Below the pieces are notes generated by a model. The model did no database searches, was not told the origin of the DNA, and was given only the letters and a program-made list of their open reading frames with translations. Made by a program: the position numbers and the translations under genes. From positions 1 through 56,374 of IMG/VR virus record IMGVR_UViG_3300033273_000167: a stretch of 56,374 nt of DNA, one strand, 5' to 3'. This document shows, in pieces, positions 10,313-20,696 of the stretch. The DNA is from a virus. Lineage: Duplodnaviria > Caudoviricetes. Positions within the stretch are counted from its first letter, which is position 1. Every line of letters begins with the position of its first letter.

Positions 10313-10743
10313 TGGACCTTGAAAAAATTCAGGAGATGTGGGAGAACGATTCTACCATTGACCCTGATAATCTACATGATGAGTCACTAAAGATACCACA
10401 ACTTCACTCAAAGTATTATACAATCTATAATACGATTACCCTTTTGCGTGAAAAGGCAAGAGAGACTTATAATCGTGTTCGATTGGAAAGACACAACTAT
10501 TACACTGGAAAGGCACCAGCAGAAGTTTATGTAGAAGACCCTTTTCCATATAAAGTCAGGGATAAAGAGGCACTTCAGAGATACATGGAAGCCGATGATA
10601 AGTTAAATAGTATTGACCTTAAGATTCGCTACTATGATGTGATGCTTAAGTTCTTAGAAGAAATTATTAAAACAGTTGCTAATAGAACTTTCCAAATAAA
10701 AAATGCCATTGAGTGGCACAAGTTCCAAGCAGGGTTTAACTAA
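10309..10743 (+). CDS. uvsY: Recombination mediator UvsY
   Basis: SLKIPQLHSKY, RTFQIKNAIEW.KFQAG. Confidence 0.92.
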   Translation: MMDLEKIQEMWENDSTIDPDNLHDESLKIPQLHSKYYTIYNTITLLREKARETYNRVRLERHNYYTGKAPAEVYVEDPFPYKVRDKEALQRYMEADDKLNSIDLKIRYYDVMLKFLEEIIKTVANRTFQIKNAIEWHKFQAGFN

Positions 10744-10934
10744 TGTACGAAGAAGAAGACGATTATTATAGTATAGAGATAAACATTCGTGGAATACGAA
10801 TGATCCATAAAGGTCTCTGTATGGCAGTGAAGAATTGGGCTGGAGGAGATCCAGAGGAACAAGAGGACTTAATTGCCATGAGAGACAATTTTTATCGACT
10901 TGTTTTAGAACACCAGTTTCAAAATATGGACTAA
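10743..10934 (+). CDS. Hypothetical protein
   Basis: 63 aa, coupled to the uvsY stop. Confidence 0.7.
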   Translation: MYEEEDDYYSIEINIRGIRMIHKGLCMAVKNWAGGDPEEQEDLIAMRDNFYRLVLEHQFQNMD

Positions 10935-10960
10935 ATATTCATAGGTGAATCTTATGATTA

Positions 10961-12424
10961 ATGTCTCATTTGATAATATCAAAGAAAAACGAGGTATATC
11001 TTCAAGTAAAAGCAGAACCACATGTCTACTACGAGTTAGCAGACCAATTTACTTTTGAAGTACCTGGTGCAAAATTTATGCCCCAATACCGTAACAAGTA
11101 CTGGGACGGAAAAATTCGATTATTCAATACCCAGAATGGAGAGATATATGTTGGGTTATTGGATAAACTTACACAGTTTTGTGATAACCACGAATATACA
11201 TACGAATTCGTAGAGAATAAGTTTTATGGTCTTCCGTTTGAGACCAACGATATGATATCTAAAGAGGGTGTCAAAGATTATATGACATCCATATCTAAGT
11301 ATGCGCCGAGAGATTACCAAGTTGAGGGAGTATACGACGCCCTACGACATAATAGAAAGTTGTTGATATCCCCAACTGCTTCTGGAAAGTCTCTGATGAT
11401 ATACTCGATTGTGAGATATTACGTTGAGAAAGGACAAAATACTCTGATAGTTGTTCCGACGACTTCCTTAGTAGAACAGATGTATAAAGATTTTGCAGAC
11501 TATGGTTGGGACGTAGGTTCATTTTGCCACAAGATCTATGCAGGACGTGAAAGAGAAACGGATTCTCAGGTAATCATTACAACCTGGCAGTCTATCTACA
11601 AACTTCCTCGTAAATATTTTGCTAGATTCAACGTGGTTGTTGGAGATGAGGCACACCAGTTTAAAAGTAAGTCATTAATATCTATAATGACTAAACTTGG
11701 AGATGCAAAATATCGTTTTGGATTCACGGGAACACTAGATGGTACACAAACTCATAAGTGGGTTCTTGAGGGATTGTTTGGACCTTCCTACAAGATTATC
11801 AGAACGGAAGAACTGATGGCAAAGGGACATGTTGCTAAATTGGATATCAATGTACTTCTACTGAAGCACCCAGCACATAAGTTTGAAACATTTGAGGATG
11901 AAGTTCAATACATTATCAACCACGAACGTCGAAACAAGTTTATTAGAAATCTTGCTTTAGATCTTAAAGGTAATACTCTTATTCTTTTCTCAAGAGTGGA
12001 AGGTCATGGACAACCACTTTACGAAATGATAAATACGAATAGGGTGGATACTCGTCATGTATTTTTTGTCCACGGTGGTGTGGCAACAGAAGACAGAGAA
12101 AAAGTAAGGGAGATTACTGAACAAGAAAACAACGCAATTATTGTTGCTTCATATGGAACGTTCAGTACAGGAATTAACATTAAAAACCTCCATAATGTTA
12201 TTTTTGCTTCTCCATCCAAATCTAGAATTCGGAATCTCCAGTCTATTGGACGCGTGCTCAGGAAAGGCAATAACAAGACAAAGGCAACTCTCTATGACAT
12301 TGCTGACGACATATCCTACAAATCCAGGAGAAACTATACACTTAATCATTTAATAGAAAGAATTAAAGTTTATAACGAAGAGAATTTCAATTACGACATA
12401 GTAAACATACCGCTGAAAAACTAA
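10961..12424 (+). CDS. uvsW: SF2 RNA-DNA/DNA helicase UvsW
   Basis: SPTASGKS, DEAH, QSIGRVLR. Confidence 0.97.
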   Translation: MSHLIISKKNEVYLQVKAEPHVYYELADQFTFEVPGAKFMPQYRNKYWDGKIRLFNTQNGEIYVGLLDKLTQFCDNHEYTYEFVENKFYGLPFETNDMISKEGVKDYMTSISKYAPRDYQVEGVYDALRHNRKLLISPTASGKSLMIYSIVRYYVEKGQNTLIVVPTTSLVEQMYKDFADYGWDVGSFCHKIYAGRERETDSQVIITTWQSIYKLPRKYFARFNVVVGDEAHQFKSKSLISIMTKLGDAKYRFGFTGTLDGTQTHKWVLEGLFGPSYKIIRTEELMAKGHVAKLDINVLLLKHPAHKFETFEDEVQYIINHERRNKFIRNLALDLKGNTLILFSRVEGHGQPLYEMINTNRVDTRHVFFVHGGVATEDREKVREITEQENNAIIVASYGTFSTGINIKNLHNVIFASPSKSRIRNLQSIGRVLRKGNNKTKATLYDIADDISYKSRRNYTLNHLIERIKVYNEENFNYDIVNIPLKN

Positions 12425-12864
12425 TGGGAGATGAATTTTACGCAATCATAAAACTAATATCAGGTGAAGAAGTGTTGTCACTTGTCTCTATTGATGAAAA
12501 TGATGGAGATCCTTTGATTGTAATGCAAAATCCAATCACAATGAAAGTATTACATTCCTCTCACGGAATGCATATCAAAGTAAAATCATGGATGGAAATG
12601 GCATCTGATGATTTCTTTATTGTAAAACCTGATAAGATGATTACAATAACAGAAACTAAAGATGAAAGATTAATTGAAATATATAACAATTATCTCGAAG
12701 ATGAAGACACCATAGATACTTACCATAATCCTATGGATTCAGAAACTCAGAAAACATCTGGTAAAGTAAAACCATCTCAAAAGATGGGATACATTACAAC
12801 AGTAGAAGAAGCAAGAAAACACCTAGAGGATCTTTATAATCTTAAAGATACTAAAGAAAGCTAA
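12424..12864 (+). CDS. Hypothetical protein (possible Sm-like fold)
   Basis: IKLISGEEV N-terminus; lies between uvsW and gp55. Confidence 0.75.
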   Translation: MGDEFYAIIKLISGEEVLSLVSIDENDGDPLIVMQNPITMKVLHSSHGMHIKVKSWMEMASDDFFIVKPDKMITITETKDERLIEIYNNYLEDEDTIDTYHNPMDSETQKTSGKVKPSQKMGYITTVEEARKHLEDLYNLKDTKES

Positions 12865-12891
12865 ACTCTCCTCTTCAACCCTAACAAAGGT

Positions 12892-12920
12892 ATTCTACTT
12901 ATAATTCACTATGTTGTCAA
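12892..12920 (-). promoter_or_regulatory. Sigma70-type promoter on the minus strand (antisense)
   Basis: Reverse strand reads TTGACA-N17-TAGAAT. Confidence 0.7.
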
Positions 12921-12941
12921 GCCCTAAAAGTATGGTATAAT
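12914..12941 (+). promoter_or_regulatory. Sigma70-type promoter for gp55
   Basis: TTGTCA-N16-TATAAT with an extended -10 TG. Confidence 0.7.
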
Positions 12942-12975
12942 AATAATATCTTATAATATTATTGAGTAATGAACT

Positions 12976-13500
12976 ATGCCCAAGAAGAAATCAGAACATT
13001 ATGTAAATAACAAAGAGTTGTTAGAGGCAATGATCAACTACCGTGCTAGGGTAGAAGTATCATATAAAAAAACTTTCAATAAAGACCTCACTGAGTTGCC
13101 GAAGCAAGAAAGAGGAAAGCAATGGGAAGGTAAACCACCCATCCCAAACTATCTTGGTGAGTGTTTCTTGAAGATTGCAACACACCTCTCATATAAACCG
13201 AACTTTGTGAATTACATGTTCCGTGAGGATATGATTTCTGACGGCATTGAGAACTGCGTTCAATATATTCATAACTTCGATCCAGAGAAGTCTAAGAACC
13301 CTTTCGCATACTTTACTCAGATTATTCACTATGCCTTCCTGAGACGCATCCAGAAGGAGAAGAAGCAACTGGACATCAAGACCAAGATCATTGAGAAGAC
13401 TGGATTTGATGAGGTAATGATGGTTGACGACAGCTTGCTTTCTGGGCACAGTTCGGACTATAATCAGATTAAAGATCAGATCCAATATCGTAACCGATGA
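12976..13500 (+). CDS. gp55: Late-transcription sigma factor
   Basis: HYVNNKE, EDMISDGIENC, NPFAYFTQI. Confidence 0.96.
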   Translation: MPKKKSEHYVNNKELLEAMINYRARVEVSYKKTFNKDLTELPKQERGKQWEGKPPIPNYLGECFLKIATHLSYKPNFVNYMFREDMISDGIENCVQYIHNFDPEKSKNPFAYFTQIIHYAFLRRIQKEKKQLDIKTKIIEKTGFDEVMMVDDSLLSGHSSDYNQIKDQIQYRNR

Positions 13501-14531
13501 AAGTTGCCATCATCACAGATACCCACTATGGTGCTCGTAAGGGTTCTAAGCACCTCCATGACTATTTTGAGAAGTTCTATGATGATGTCTTCTTTCCTAC
13601 CTTGGAGGCAGAGGGGATTGATACTGTCATTCATATGGGTGATGCCTTTGATAGTCGCAAGTCAATTGACTATCAGAGTTTAGAGTGGGCAAAACGTGTA
13701 GTATTCGACAGACTCAAAAAATATAATGTTCATATGATTGTGGGAAACCATGATTGTTATTACAAGAATACTAATAACGTAAACTCACCAGAACTTCTTC
13801 TGCAGACGTATAGCAATATTAAAACCTACAGTACAGTAACAGAAGTTACTATAGATAAATTAAAGATATTGTTCATTCCTTGGATCAATGCGGAAAACTA
13901 TCAAGATACTGTCGAATCTATCAAAGTTTCTAATAGCATATGCGCGATGGGGCACCTTGAGCTCAACGGATTTAGAGCGCATCGCGGACACATCATGGAA
14001 GAGGGTATGGCGTGCGACGTATTTGAGAAGTTCGACAAAGTGTTTTCAGGACACTACCATACACGGAGCGACAACGGAAAGATCTTCTACCTAGGCAATC
14101 CTTATGAGATGTTCTGGAACGATGTGAATGATACTAGAGGGTTTACCATCTTTGATACGGATACCCTCACTCACACTCCAATTAACAATCCTTATAAATT
14201 ATTTTATAACATCTATTATGAGGATACCAATCACAAACTCTTTAATGCGACCGAATATGAAAACAAAATTGTAAAAGTAATCGTTCGTAAAAAGTCAAAT
14301 CCAAAAGACTTTGAGAGGTTTATTGATAAATTGTATTCTGTGGGAGTTCAGGATCTCAAGATTATTGAAAACTTTGAAATCCAAGAATCTGAAGAGTTTG
14401 AGATTGATGAAGAAGAAAACACAATTTCTATTCTTAATCGTTATATTGATGAATCAGAGTTTGAACTTGATAAAAGCATTATCAAAGGTATCTTCCAAGA
14501 TTTGTATCGGCAAGCTTGCGAAGTAGAGTAA
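13497..14531 (+). CDS. gp47: Recombination nuclease subunit (Mre11/SbcD-like)
   Basis: DTH, GDAFD, GNHD and GHYH metallophosphoesterase motifs. Confidence 0.96.
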   Translation: MKVAIITDTHYGARKGSKHLHDYFEKFYDDVFFPTLEAEGIDTVIHMGDAFDSRKSIDYQSLEWAKRVVFDRLKKYNVHMIVGNHDCYYKNTNNVNSPELLLQTYSNIKTYSTVTEVTIDKLKILFIPWINAENYQDTVESIKVSNSICAMGHLELNGFRAHRGHIMEEGMACDVFEKFDKVFSGHYHTRSDNGKIFYLGNPYEMFWNDVNDTRGFTIFDTDTLTHTPINNPYKLFYNIYYEDTNHKLFNATEYENKIVKVIVRKKSNPKDFERFIDKLYSVGVQDLKIIENFEIQESEEFEIDEEENTISILNRYIDESEFELDKSIIKGIFQDLYRQACEVE

Positions 14532-14807
14532 ATGTTTCTTCTAACTCTCAGAGATAATAAAGACGATGGTGCTTATGCTGTTCAGGACAGATATGGGCAT
14601 AAGGTTCTGTTTTTGTTTGAAGAAGAGGATGATGCAGAAAGATATGCTATGATGCTGGAAGATGAAGAAGATGCTATAATGGATATTGTAGAAGTTGATG
14701 ATGAACTTGCAATAAAAACTTGTAAGCACTATTCTTATAAGTATGCAATTATTACACCTAATGACATTGTGATCCCTCCTAAGAATGATAACCTTCAAAA
14801 AGATTAG
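14532..14807 (+). CDS. Hypothetical acidic protein
   Basis: 91 aa with FEEEDDAERYA; lies between gp47 and gp46. Confidence 0.8.
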   Translation: MFLLTLRDNKDDGAYAVQDRYGHKVLFLFEEEDDAERYAMMLEDEEDAIMDIVEVDDELAIKTCKHYSYKYAIITPNDIVIPPKNDNLQKD

Positions 14808-16497
14808 ATACAAGAATTTTTTAAGTTCCGGTAACACATTTACAGAGATTGATTTTCAACAACATCATACGAATTTGATTGTCGGAACAAATGGTGCTGG
14901 TAAATCCACGATGCTGGATGCACTTACGTTTGTTCTGTTCAACAAACCATTTCGCAAAATCAACAAACCTCAACTAGTCAATGCTACAAACGAAAGAGAA
15001 TGTGTTGTAGAAATTGAGTTTTCTATCAATGGTAGGGATTATCTTGTTCGTCGTGGAATTAAACCCAATCTTTTTGATATTGAAGTAAATGGTGCTCCTC
15101 TTCATAAGGAAGCAGATGATCGTGCTAATCAACGTATCCTAGAAGAAAATATTCTCAAGGTAAATTATAAATCTTTTACTCAGATTGTGATTCTGGGTAG
15201 TAGCACTTTTGTGCCTTTTATGCAATTGACTACTTCCAATCGTCGTGAGGTGATTGAGGATCTTTTGGATATTCGTATCTTCTCTGCGATGAATAGTCTC
15301 ATCAAAGATAATATTCGTACAAAGAGAGAACAGATCAAAGCATTGGATCTGAAGAAAGATACTCTTAAGGATAAGATGAAGATGCAGCAAGAATTCATCG
15401 AAGAACTTGAGAATCGTGGCAATGCAAATATTGATGCTAATAATCAAAAGATCAATAAGTTAGACGAAGAAGTTGTTCATTACATGAATCAAAATTCTAT
15501 CCTTGAGGAGGGAGTTCAAAGACACACTAAAGACCAAGAAAATTTTATTGGTGCTGGAGATAAGTTAGTAAAACTAAACAATCTTAGGGGTAAAATTTCT
15601 CAAAAGGTAAGTACAATTACCAAAGAACATAAGTTTTTTGCAGAAAATACGGTTTGTCCCACCTGTACTCAAACTATTGAGGAAGAGTTTCGTGTAAATA
15701 GAATTGAAGATGCTCAAAATAAGGCAAAGGAACTTAAAGATGGTTATGAAGAACTTGAAAAAACAATTGAGTTCGAACAGGAGAGAGAGCGTCAATTCAA
15801 TGCCCTATCTAAGGAGATCACAAAATTAACGCATGGCATTTCTCAAAACAATACTCGGATTAGCCTCAATCAACGACAAATCAGAGATCTTGAACATGAA
15901 ATTCAAACTATTGCCAGTAACTTACAAAACAGAAATACTGAACATGAGAAGCTAGAAGAGTTTAGAGAAAATCTCCAAAAGACAATTGAATATCTCTCAG
16001 ACAAAAAACAAGAAATCGTACATTACGATTTTGCCTATTCTCTACTTCGGGATGATGGCGTAAAAACAAAAATCATTAAGAAGTATCTTCCATTCATTAA
16101 TCAGCAGGTCAATCGTTACCTTCAGATGATGGACTTCTACATCAACTTTAAACTTGATGGGGAGTTTAATGAAACGATTGAATCACCTATTCACGAAAAC
16201 TTTTCTTATAGTTCTTTTAGTGAAGGTGAAAAAATGAGAGTCGATCTTGCACTTCTTTTCACTTGGAGGGAAGTTGCAAGACTCAAAAACTCTGTGAATA
16301 CTAACCTGCTGATTATGGATGAAGTATTTGATTCTTCACTTGATGGTTTTGGAACTGAAGAGTTCCTTAAGATTATTCGTTATGTTATTAAGGATGCCAA
16401 TATCTTTGTCATTTCTCATAAGACAGATTTGCATGACAAATTTGAAAGTGTCATACGATTCGACAAAGTAAAAGGTTTTTCACGTATGGTGTCTTGA
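14785..16497 (+). CDS. gp46: Recombination ATPase subunit (Rad50/SbcC-like)
   Basis: GTNGAGKS, CPTC zinc hook, FSEGEK signature, LLIMDE. Confidence 0.97.
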   Translation: MITFKKIRYKNFLSSGNTFTEIDFQQHHTNLIVGTNGAGKSTMLDALTFVLFNKPFRKINKPQLVNATNERECVVEIEFSINGRDYLVRRGIKPNLFDIEVNGAPLHKEADDRANQRILEENILKVNYKSFTQIVILGSSTFVPFMQLTTSNRREVIEDLLDIRIFSAMNSLIKDNIRTKREQIKALDLKKDTLKDKMKMQQEFIEELENRGNANIDANNQKINKLDEEVVHYMNQNSILEEGVQRHTKDQENFIGAGDKLVKLNNLRGKISQKVSTITKEHKFFAENTVCPTCTQTIEEEFRVNRIEDAQNKAKELKDGYEELEKTIEFEQERERQFNALSKEITKLTHGISQNNTRISLNQRQIRDLEHEIQTIASNLQNRNTEHEKLEEFRENLQKTIEYLSDKKQEIVHYDFAYSLLRDDGVKTKIIKKYLPFINQQVNRYLQMMDFYINFKLDGEFNETIESPIHENFSYSSFSEGEKMRVDLALLFTWREVARLKNSVNTNLLIMDEVFDSSLDGFGTEEFLKIIRYVIKDANIFVISHKTDLHDKFESVIRFDKVKGFSRMVS

Positions 16498-16511
16498 TAC
16501 ACCAAAGAACA

Positions 16512-16658
16512 ATGCAAGTCCCAAACTGGAAGCATCACTCTAAGAAGGAGCAGAAACGAAAACTCAAACCACAAGCAATGAGGGCACGAAAAGAGGCACT
16601 CAGACACTTCAAGAACCGTCACATGACCCTGCCTAAACAGCAGGGTTCTTTTGTATAA
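16512..16658 (+). CDS. Small basic hypothetical protein (48 aa); not in the ORF track
   Basis: Manual translation MQVPNWKHHSKKEQKRKLKPQAMRARKEALRHFKNRHMTLPKQQGSFV; fills the gap after gp46. Confidence 0.6.
   Translation: MQVPNWKHHSKKEQKRKLKPQAMRARKEALRHFKNRHMTLPKQQGSFV
16625..16652 (+). terminator. Possible intrinsic terminator, followed by a TATAAT box (16654-16659)
   Basis: GACCCTGC-N7-GCAGGGTT then CTTTT. Confidence 0.5.
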
Positions 16659-16681
16659 TACTTCCATACGAACGGAACACT

Positions 16682-18802
16682 ATGACAGTTTCACACGAGA
16701 TCAAGTCGCAACTTGCTAAACTCCTGGCAACTGAAGATCTTGTTGTAGAGCACAAGAAAGTTGAAACTGCCTGCTTTAACGTACATACTCGTGTGTTGAC
16801 TCTTCCTATGTGGGAGAAAGCAGGCAATGAAGTTTACGATATGTTGGTCGCACATGAGGTTGGTCATGCACTATATACGCCAGACCGTAACTGGTTGAAA
16901 GAAACGAAGATTCCTCCACAGTTTGTAAACATTGTGGAGGATGTTCGTATTGAAAAGTTGATGAAACGTCGTTATCCTGGTCTTCCTAAGACCTTCTACG
17001 CTGGATATCAAGTTCTTGCCGAGGAAGATTTCTTTGGTGTTGAGTGTGATGATGTTACCAAGATGAACCTTGCAGATCGTGTGAATCTGTATTTCAAGAT
17101 TGGTAACTTTATTGATGTTCCTTTTGGTGAAGACCTTGAGATGCCCATCCTTCGTATGATTGAGGGGTGTGAAGATTTTGATGATGTTCTTCTGGCAGCA
17201 AAGGCACTGTATACTTATTGCCAAAATCAACTGAATACTGATACAAAGACTGAAATGGATTCTCTGGAATCTCAAGGTCAAGGGCAAGGTGAAAGTCCTA
17301 CCGAGCAAGTCACCGAGCAAGGAGATACTGATATCACTGACGATGGTGAATCTTCTACGGCAGAGTCTGGAGAGACCACTGAAATCGAAGAAGAGGAAGG
17401 ACCTTGTGGTGGTACTAATAATGATGTAGAAATCAAAACTGTAGAAGCACTGGAAAACGCAATCAAGGATCTTGCCTCTACTGATGGATATGAGAATATC
17501 TATGTAGAAGTGCCGAAACTTGATCTTGATAAGATTATTGTTCCCAACTCCAAAATTCACCAAGAGTGTCGTGAGATCTGGGATGGATATCAATATCAGG
17601 AAGCATTTGATGATGTTGATGCTGAGTTTACAAAGTTCAAAAAATCTGCACAAAAGGAGGTGAATTATCTTGTCAAAGAATTCGAATGCCGTAAATCTGC
17701 AGACTCTTATGCTCGTGCTACTGTTAGTCGGACTGGAGTGCTCGATACATCTAAGTTACATACTTATCGATACAATGAAGACCTGTTCAAGAAAGTAACA
17801 ACTCTTGCCGATGGTAAGAATCATGGTCTGATTTTTATCTTGGATTGGAGTGGTTCGATGGGAGATGTGTTGTTGGATACCGTCAAACAGATGTGTAATC
17901 TTGTTTGGTTCTGTAAGAAGGTTGGTATTCCTTTCGATGTTTATGCATTCACCAATGAGTATCCTTTGTTTACATACAAGGAAGATGGTTCTAGGGATGT
18001 AAAGGACCTTTCATATGAAAAGAAGGACGGTGTGTTTTACATCAATGAGTGGTTCTCTATGATGAATTTCCTGACTCATAAAGTCAGCACCAAAGAACTG
18101 GAAACTCAGATGAAGCATCTGTTCCGTTTGGCATATTATTTTGATTGCACCACTCGTTCTTACTACAATATTCCTCCCACTATGGGTCTCTCTGGCACAC
18201 CCTTGAATGAGACTATGATTGCTTTGCATCAAATTCTTCCCAAGTTTAAGAAGGAGAACAAGGTTCAGAAGGTTCAGTGTGTTGTGTTGACTGATGGTGA
18301 AGGATATCCTCCTAAGTTCCATCGTGAGCTCCAACGTCATTGGGAGCACGAACCTTTCATTGGCACCGGTTCGATTGGACACAACTGCTTTCTTCGTAAT
18401 CGCAAGACAGGTCACACTTATTCTATGGATGTTCAATGGAATAAGATGACTGATGTATTCTTGGAAGATCTCAAAACAACTTTCCCCGATGTAAACTTTA
18501 TTGGTATTCGTGTTCTTGCTTCTCGTGATGCGGGAGCATTTATCAGAACTTACTGTGGATATCATGGAGAACTTCATGATAAAGTTATGAAGGATTGGAA
18601 GAAGCAAAAGTCATTCTCCATTAAAACTTCTGGTTATCATTCTTACTTTGGACTTTCTGGTAATGTTCTTTCCAGTGACTCTGAGTTTGATGTTGATGAT
18701 GGTGCTACCAAAACCCAAATCAAATCTGCCTTTGTCAAAAGTCTTCGCACCAAGAAAATGAACAAAAAAATTCTGAACGAGTTTATTGAACTTGTTGCCT
18801 GA
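16682..18802 (+). CDS. HEXXH peptidase-like plus vWA (MIDAS) protein, CobT-like partner of the AAA+ ATPase
   Basis: HEVGH, acidic linker, DWSGS MIDAS motif, SGTPL, LTDGE. Confidence 0.85.
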   Translation: MTVSHEIKSQLAKLLATEDLVVEHKKVETACFNVHTRVLTLPMWEKAGNEVYDMLVAHEVGHALYTPDRNWLKETKIPPQFVNIVEDVRIEKLMKRRYPGLPKTFYAGYQVLAEEDFFGVECDDVTKMNLADRVNLYFKIGNFIDVPFGEDLEMPILRMIEGCEDFDDVLLAAKALYTYCQNQLNTDTKTEMDSLESQGQGQGESPTEQVTEQGDTDITDDGESSTAESGETTEIEEEEGPCGGTNNDVEIKTVEALENAIKDLASTDGYENIYVEVPKLDLDKIIVPNSKIHQECREIWDGYQYQEAFDDVDAEFTKFKKSAQKEVNYLVKEFECRKSADSYARATVSRTGVLDTSKLHTYRYNEDLFKKVTTLADGKNHGLIFILDWSGSMGDVLLDTVKQMCNLVWFCKKVGIPFDVYAFTNEYPLFTYKEDGSRDVKDLSYEKKDGVFYINEWFSMMNFLTHKVSTKELETQMKHLFRLAYYFDCTTRSYYNIPPTMGLSGTPLNETMIALHQILPKFKKENKVQKVQCVVLTDGEGYPPKFHRELQRHWEHEPFIGTGSIGHNCFLRNRKTGHTYSMDVQWNKMTDVFLEDLKTTFPDVNFIGIRVLASRDAGAFIRTYCGYHGELHDKVMKDWKKQKSFSIKTSGYHSYFGLSGNVLSSDSEFDVDDGATKTQIKSAFVKSLRTKKMNKKILNEFIELVA

Positions 18803-18831
18803 TAAATATTTTTATAGTATAGGTATTAAAA

Positions 18832-19128
18832 ATGTCTAGATTTGGAGACTTACTTGGAGGTAGAAGGGCAGCTCCTGCTCCAGAACCTGTAGTGGAACCT
18901 GTAGTAGAAGAACCTGTAGTAGTTGCAGAATCTCCTATTGTGGATGAAGATACTACAAATTATGATGAAGTAATCGAAGAAGAAGTTTATGAAAGTGACG
19001 TATCACTCCACGATATGTCAAAGAAGGAACTTGAGGACTATGGTCGCACTGTCGGTATTGAACTGGACAGAAGGCATTCTAAAAAAAGATTGGTTCAGGA
19101 GTTGGAAGAGTATTTGGCCGATTCTTGA
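18832..19128 (+). CDS. Hypothetical protein with a C-terminal helix-extension-helix-like (Rho-N/LEM) motif
   Basis: Pro/Glu linker followed by LHDMSKKELEDYGRTVGIELDRRHSKKRLV. Confidence 0.7.
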   Translation: MSRFGDLLGGRRAAPAPEPVVEPVVEEPVVVAESPIVDEDTTNYDEVIEEEVYESDVSLHDMSKKELEDYGRTVGIELDRRHSKKRLVQELEEYLADS

Positions 19129-19201
19129 ACTGTCCACTCTACCCCTGACTCTGCCTCAATCTGCCCTATAATAACTTCAGTTGAAACGAACAACCTACAT
19201 C

Positions 19202-20266
19202 ATGTCTTTCTCTGCTGATTACATCCGCACTTCACTACAGGGTCTTTATGGTGAATCTGTAACGAGTGCAGATATTCGTGCATGGTGTGCGATGAATGGT
19301 GGTAACTATCAGACCATTACCAACAAACTTTCTGATTACAAAGTTGGTCGTGGTAAATGGAACCTGACTATTCAGGAAAAACTTGAGCAAAACTATCAGG
19401 CACCTGCTGCTATGCCTGCTGTCGAACAAAACCTTATTCCCCAGAAAGATGATTCCTTCGTCAAGTTTGGCAACTTCAGTGATCTTAAAAAAATTATTCA
19501 GTCCCGTCTATTCTATCCGACGTTTATTACTGGTCTCTCTGGCAACGGTAAAACGTTCTCGGTTGAGCAAGCGTGTGCTCAGTTGGATCGGGAACTCATC
19601 CGTGTAAACATTACTATTGAAACCGATGAAGATGATCTTATTGGTGGTTTCCGCCTTGTTGATGGTGCAACCGTCTGGCACAATGGCCCAGTCATTGAAG
19701 CACTCGAACGAGGAGCTATCTTGCTCCTTGACGAGATCGACCTTGCCTCTAATAAAATTCTCTGTCTCCAAAGCATCCTTGAAGGAAATGGAGTCTTTCT
19801 TAAAAAAATCGGAAAGTTTGTTCGACCCAGTGAAGGTTTCAATGTCATCGCAACCGCAAACACTAAAGGCAAAGGTTCAGACGATGGACGATTCATTGGA
19901 ACTAATGTGCTCAACGAAGCATTCCTTGAACGATTCCCAGTAACCTTTGAACAGTCATATCCGACCCCTGCACAAGAGAAGAATATTCTGATGAAACTCT
20001 CCGAGGATACTGACTTTTGTTCTCGTTTGGTTGATTGGGCAGACATCATCCGTAAGACTTTCTATGATGGTGGTATCGATGAAATCATCAGCACCCGTCG
20101 TCTGGTTCACATCATCCGTGCCTATGGTATTTTTGGTAACAAGGCAAAAGCAATTGATGTTTGCACAGCACGTTTTGATGATGAGACTAAGCAGGCATTT
20201 CTTGAACTGTATGACAAGGTAGATGCTGATTTCCAAATGCCCGTTGACGAGACTACTGTCTCCTGA
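19202..20266 (+). CDS. cobS: CobS-like / MoxR-type AAA+ ATPase
   Basis: Walker A GLSGNGKT, Walker B LLLDE, ATANTKG, NEAFLERF, ISTRRL; TATAAT at 19167. Confidence 0.9.
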   Translation: MSFSADYIRTSLQGLYGESVTSADIRAWCAMNGGNYQTITNKLSDYKVGRGKWNLTIQEKLEQNYQAPAAMPAVEQNLIPQKDDSFVKFGNFSDLKKIIQSRLFYPTFITGLSGNGKTFSVEQACAQLDRELIRVNITIETDEDDLIGGFRLVDGATVWHNGPVIEALERGAILLLDEIDLASNKILCLQSILEGNGVFLKKIGKFVRPSEGFNVIATANTKGKGSDDGRFIGTNVLNEAFLERFPVTFEQSYPTPAQEKNILMKLSEDTDFCSRLVDWADIIRKTFYDGGIDEIISTRRLVHIIRAYGIFGNKAKAIDVCTARFDDETKQAFLELYDKVDADFQMPVDETTVS

Positions 20267-20272
20267 TATAAT
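20244..20272 (+). promoter_or_regulatory. Sigma70-type promoter overlapping the 3' end of cobS
   Basis: TTGACG-N17-TATAAT with an extended TG. Confidence 0.7.
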
Positions 20273-20277
20273 AGATT

Positions 20278-20679
20278 ATGACTAATTCTTGGTCCATGCT
20301 TTACGATGAAATTTTGAAAATGGATGAAAACGATTTTACTATTAGTATGATAGACAATTCTTCAGGTTCTATTGACTTGATCAATCCTAGAACACCTTGG
20401 AAGTATAACGAGGAAGAGATTCTGAAAGAACTCCTTGAGTATATTCGGGGAACTTACAATCAGCACTATTCTGCTGGTGATGACAAGATTCAAACTCTTG
20501 ATCTGATTGAAGCTTGTGGTGATGGTGAAGCATTCTGCCGTAGCAACATTCTCAAATATGCCTCTCGTTATGATAAGAAAGGCACCGCACGTCGTGACAT
20601 TATGAAGATTTTGCACTATGCTGTGCTTCTGATGCATTTCAACGATAAGAATGCACAACGTGAAACCTACAACCAATGA
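20278..20679 (+). CDS. Hypothetical phage protein (DUF3310-like)
   Basis: YNQHY, FCRSNILKYASRYDKKG, DIMKILHY. Confidence 0.75.
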   Translation: MTNSWSMLYDEILKMDENDFTISMIDNSSGSIDLINPRTPWKYNEEEILKELLEYIRGTYNQHYSAGDDKIQTLDLIEACGDGEAFCRSNILKYASRYDKKGTARRDIMKILHYAVLLMHFNDKNAQRETYNQ

Positions 20680-20696
20680 AATTGAAAGAACGTACA

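Noticed and set aside
19202-20266. cobS as evidence of cobalamin biosynthesis
   Set aside because: Only generic MoxR AAA+ motifs are present and there are no other cob genes in the window.
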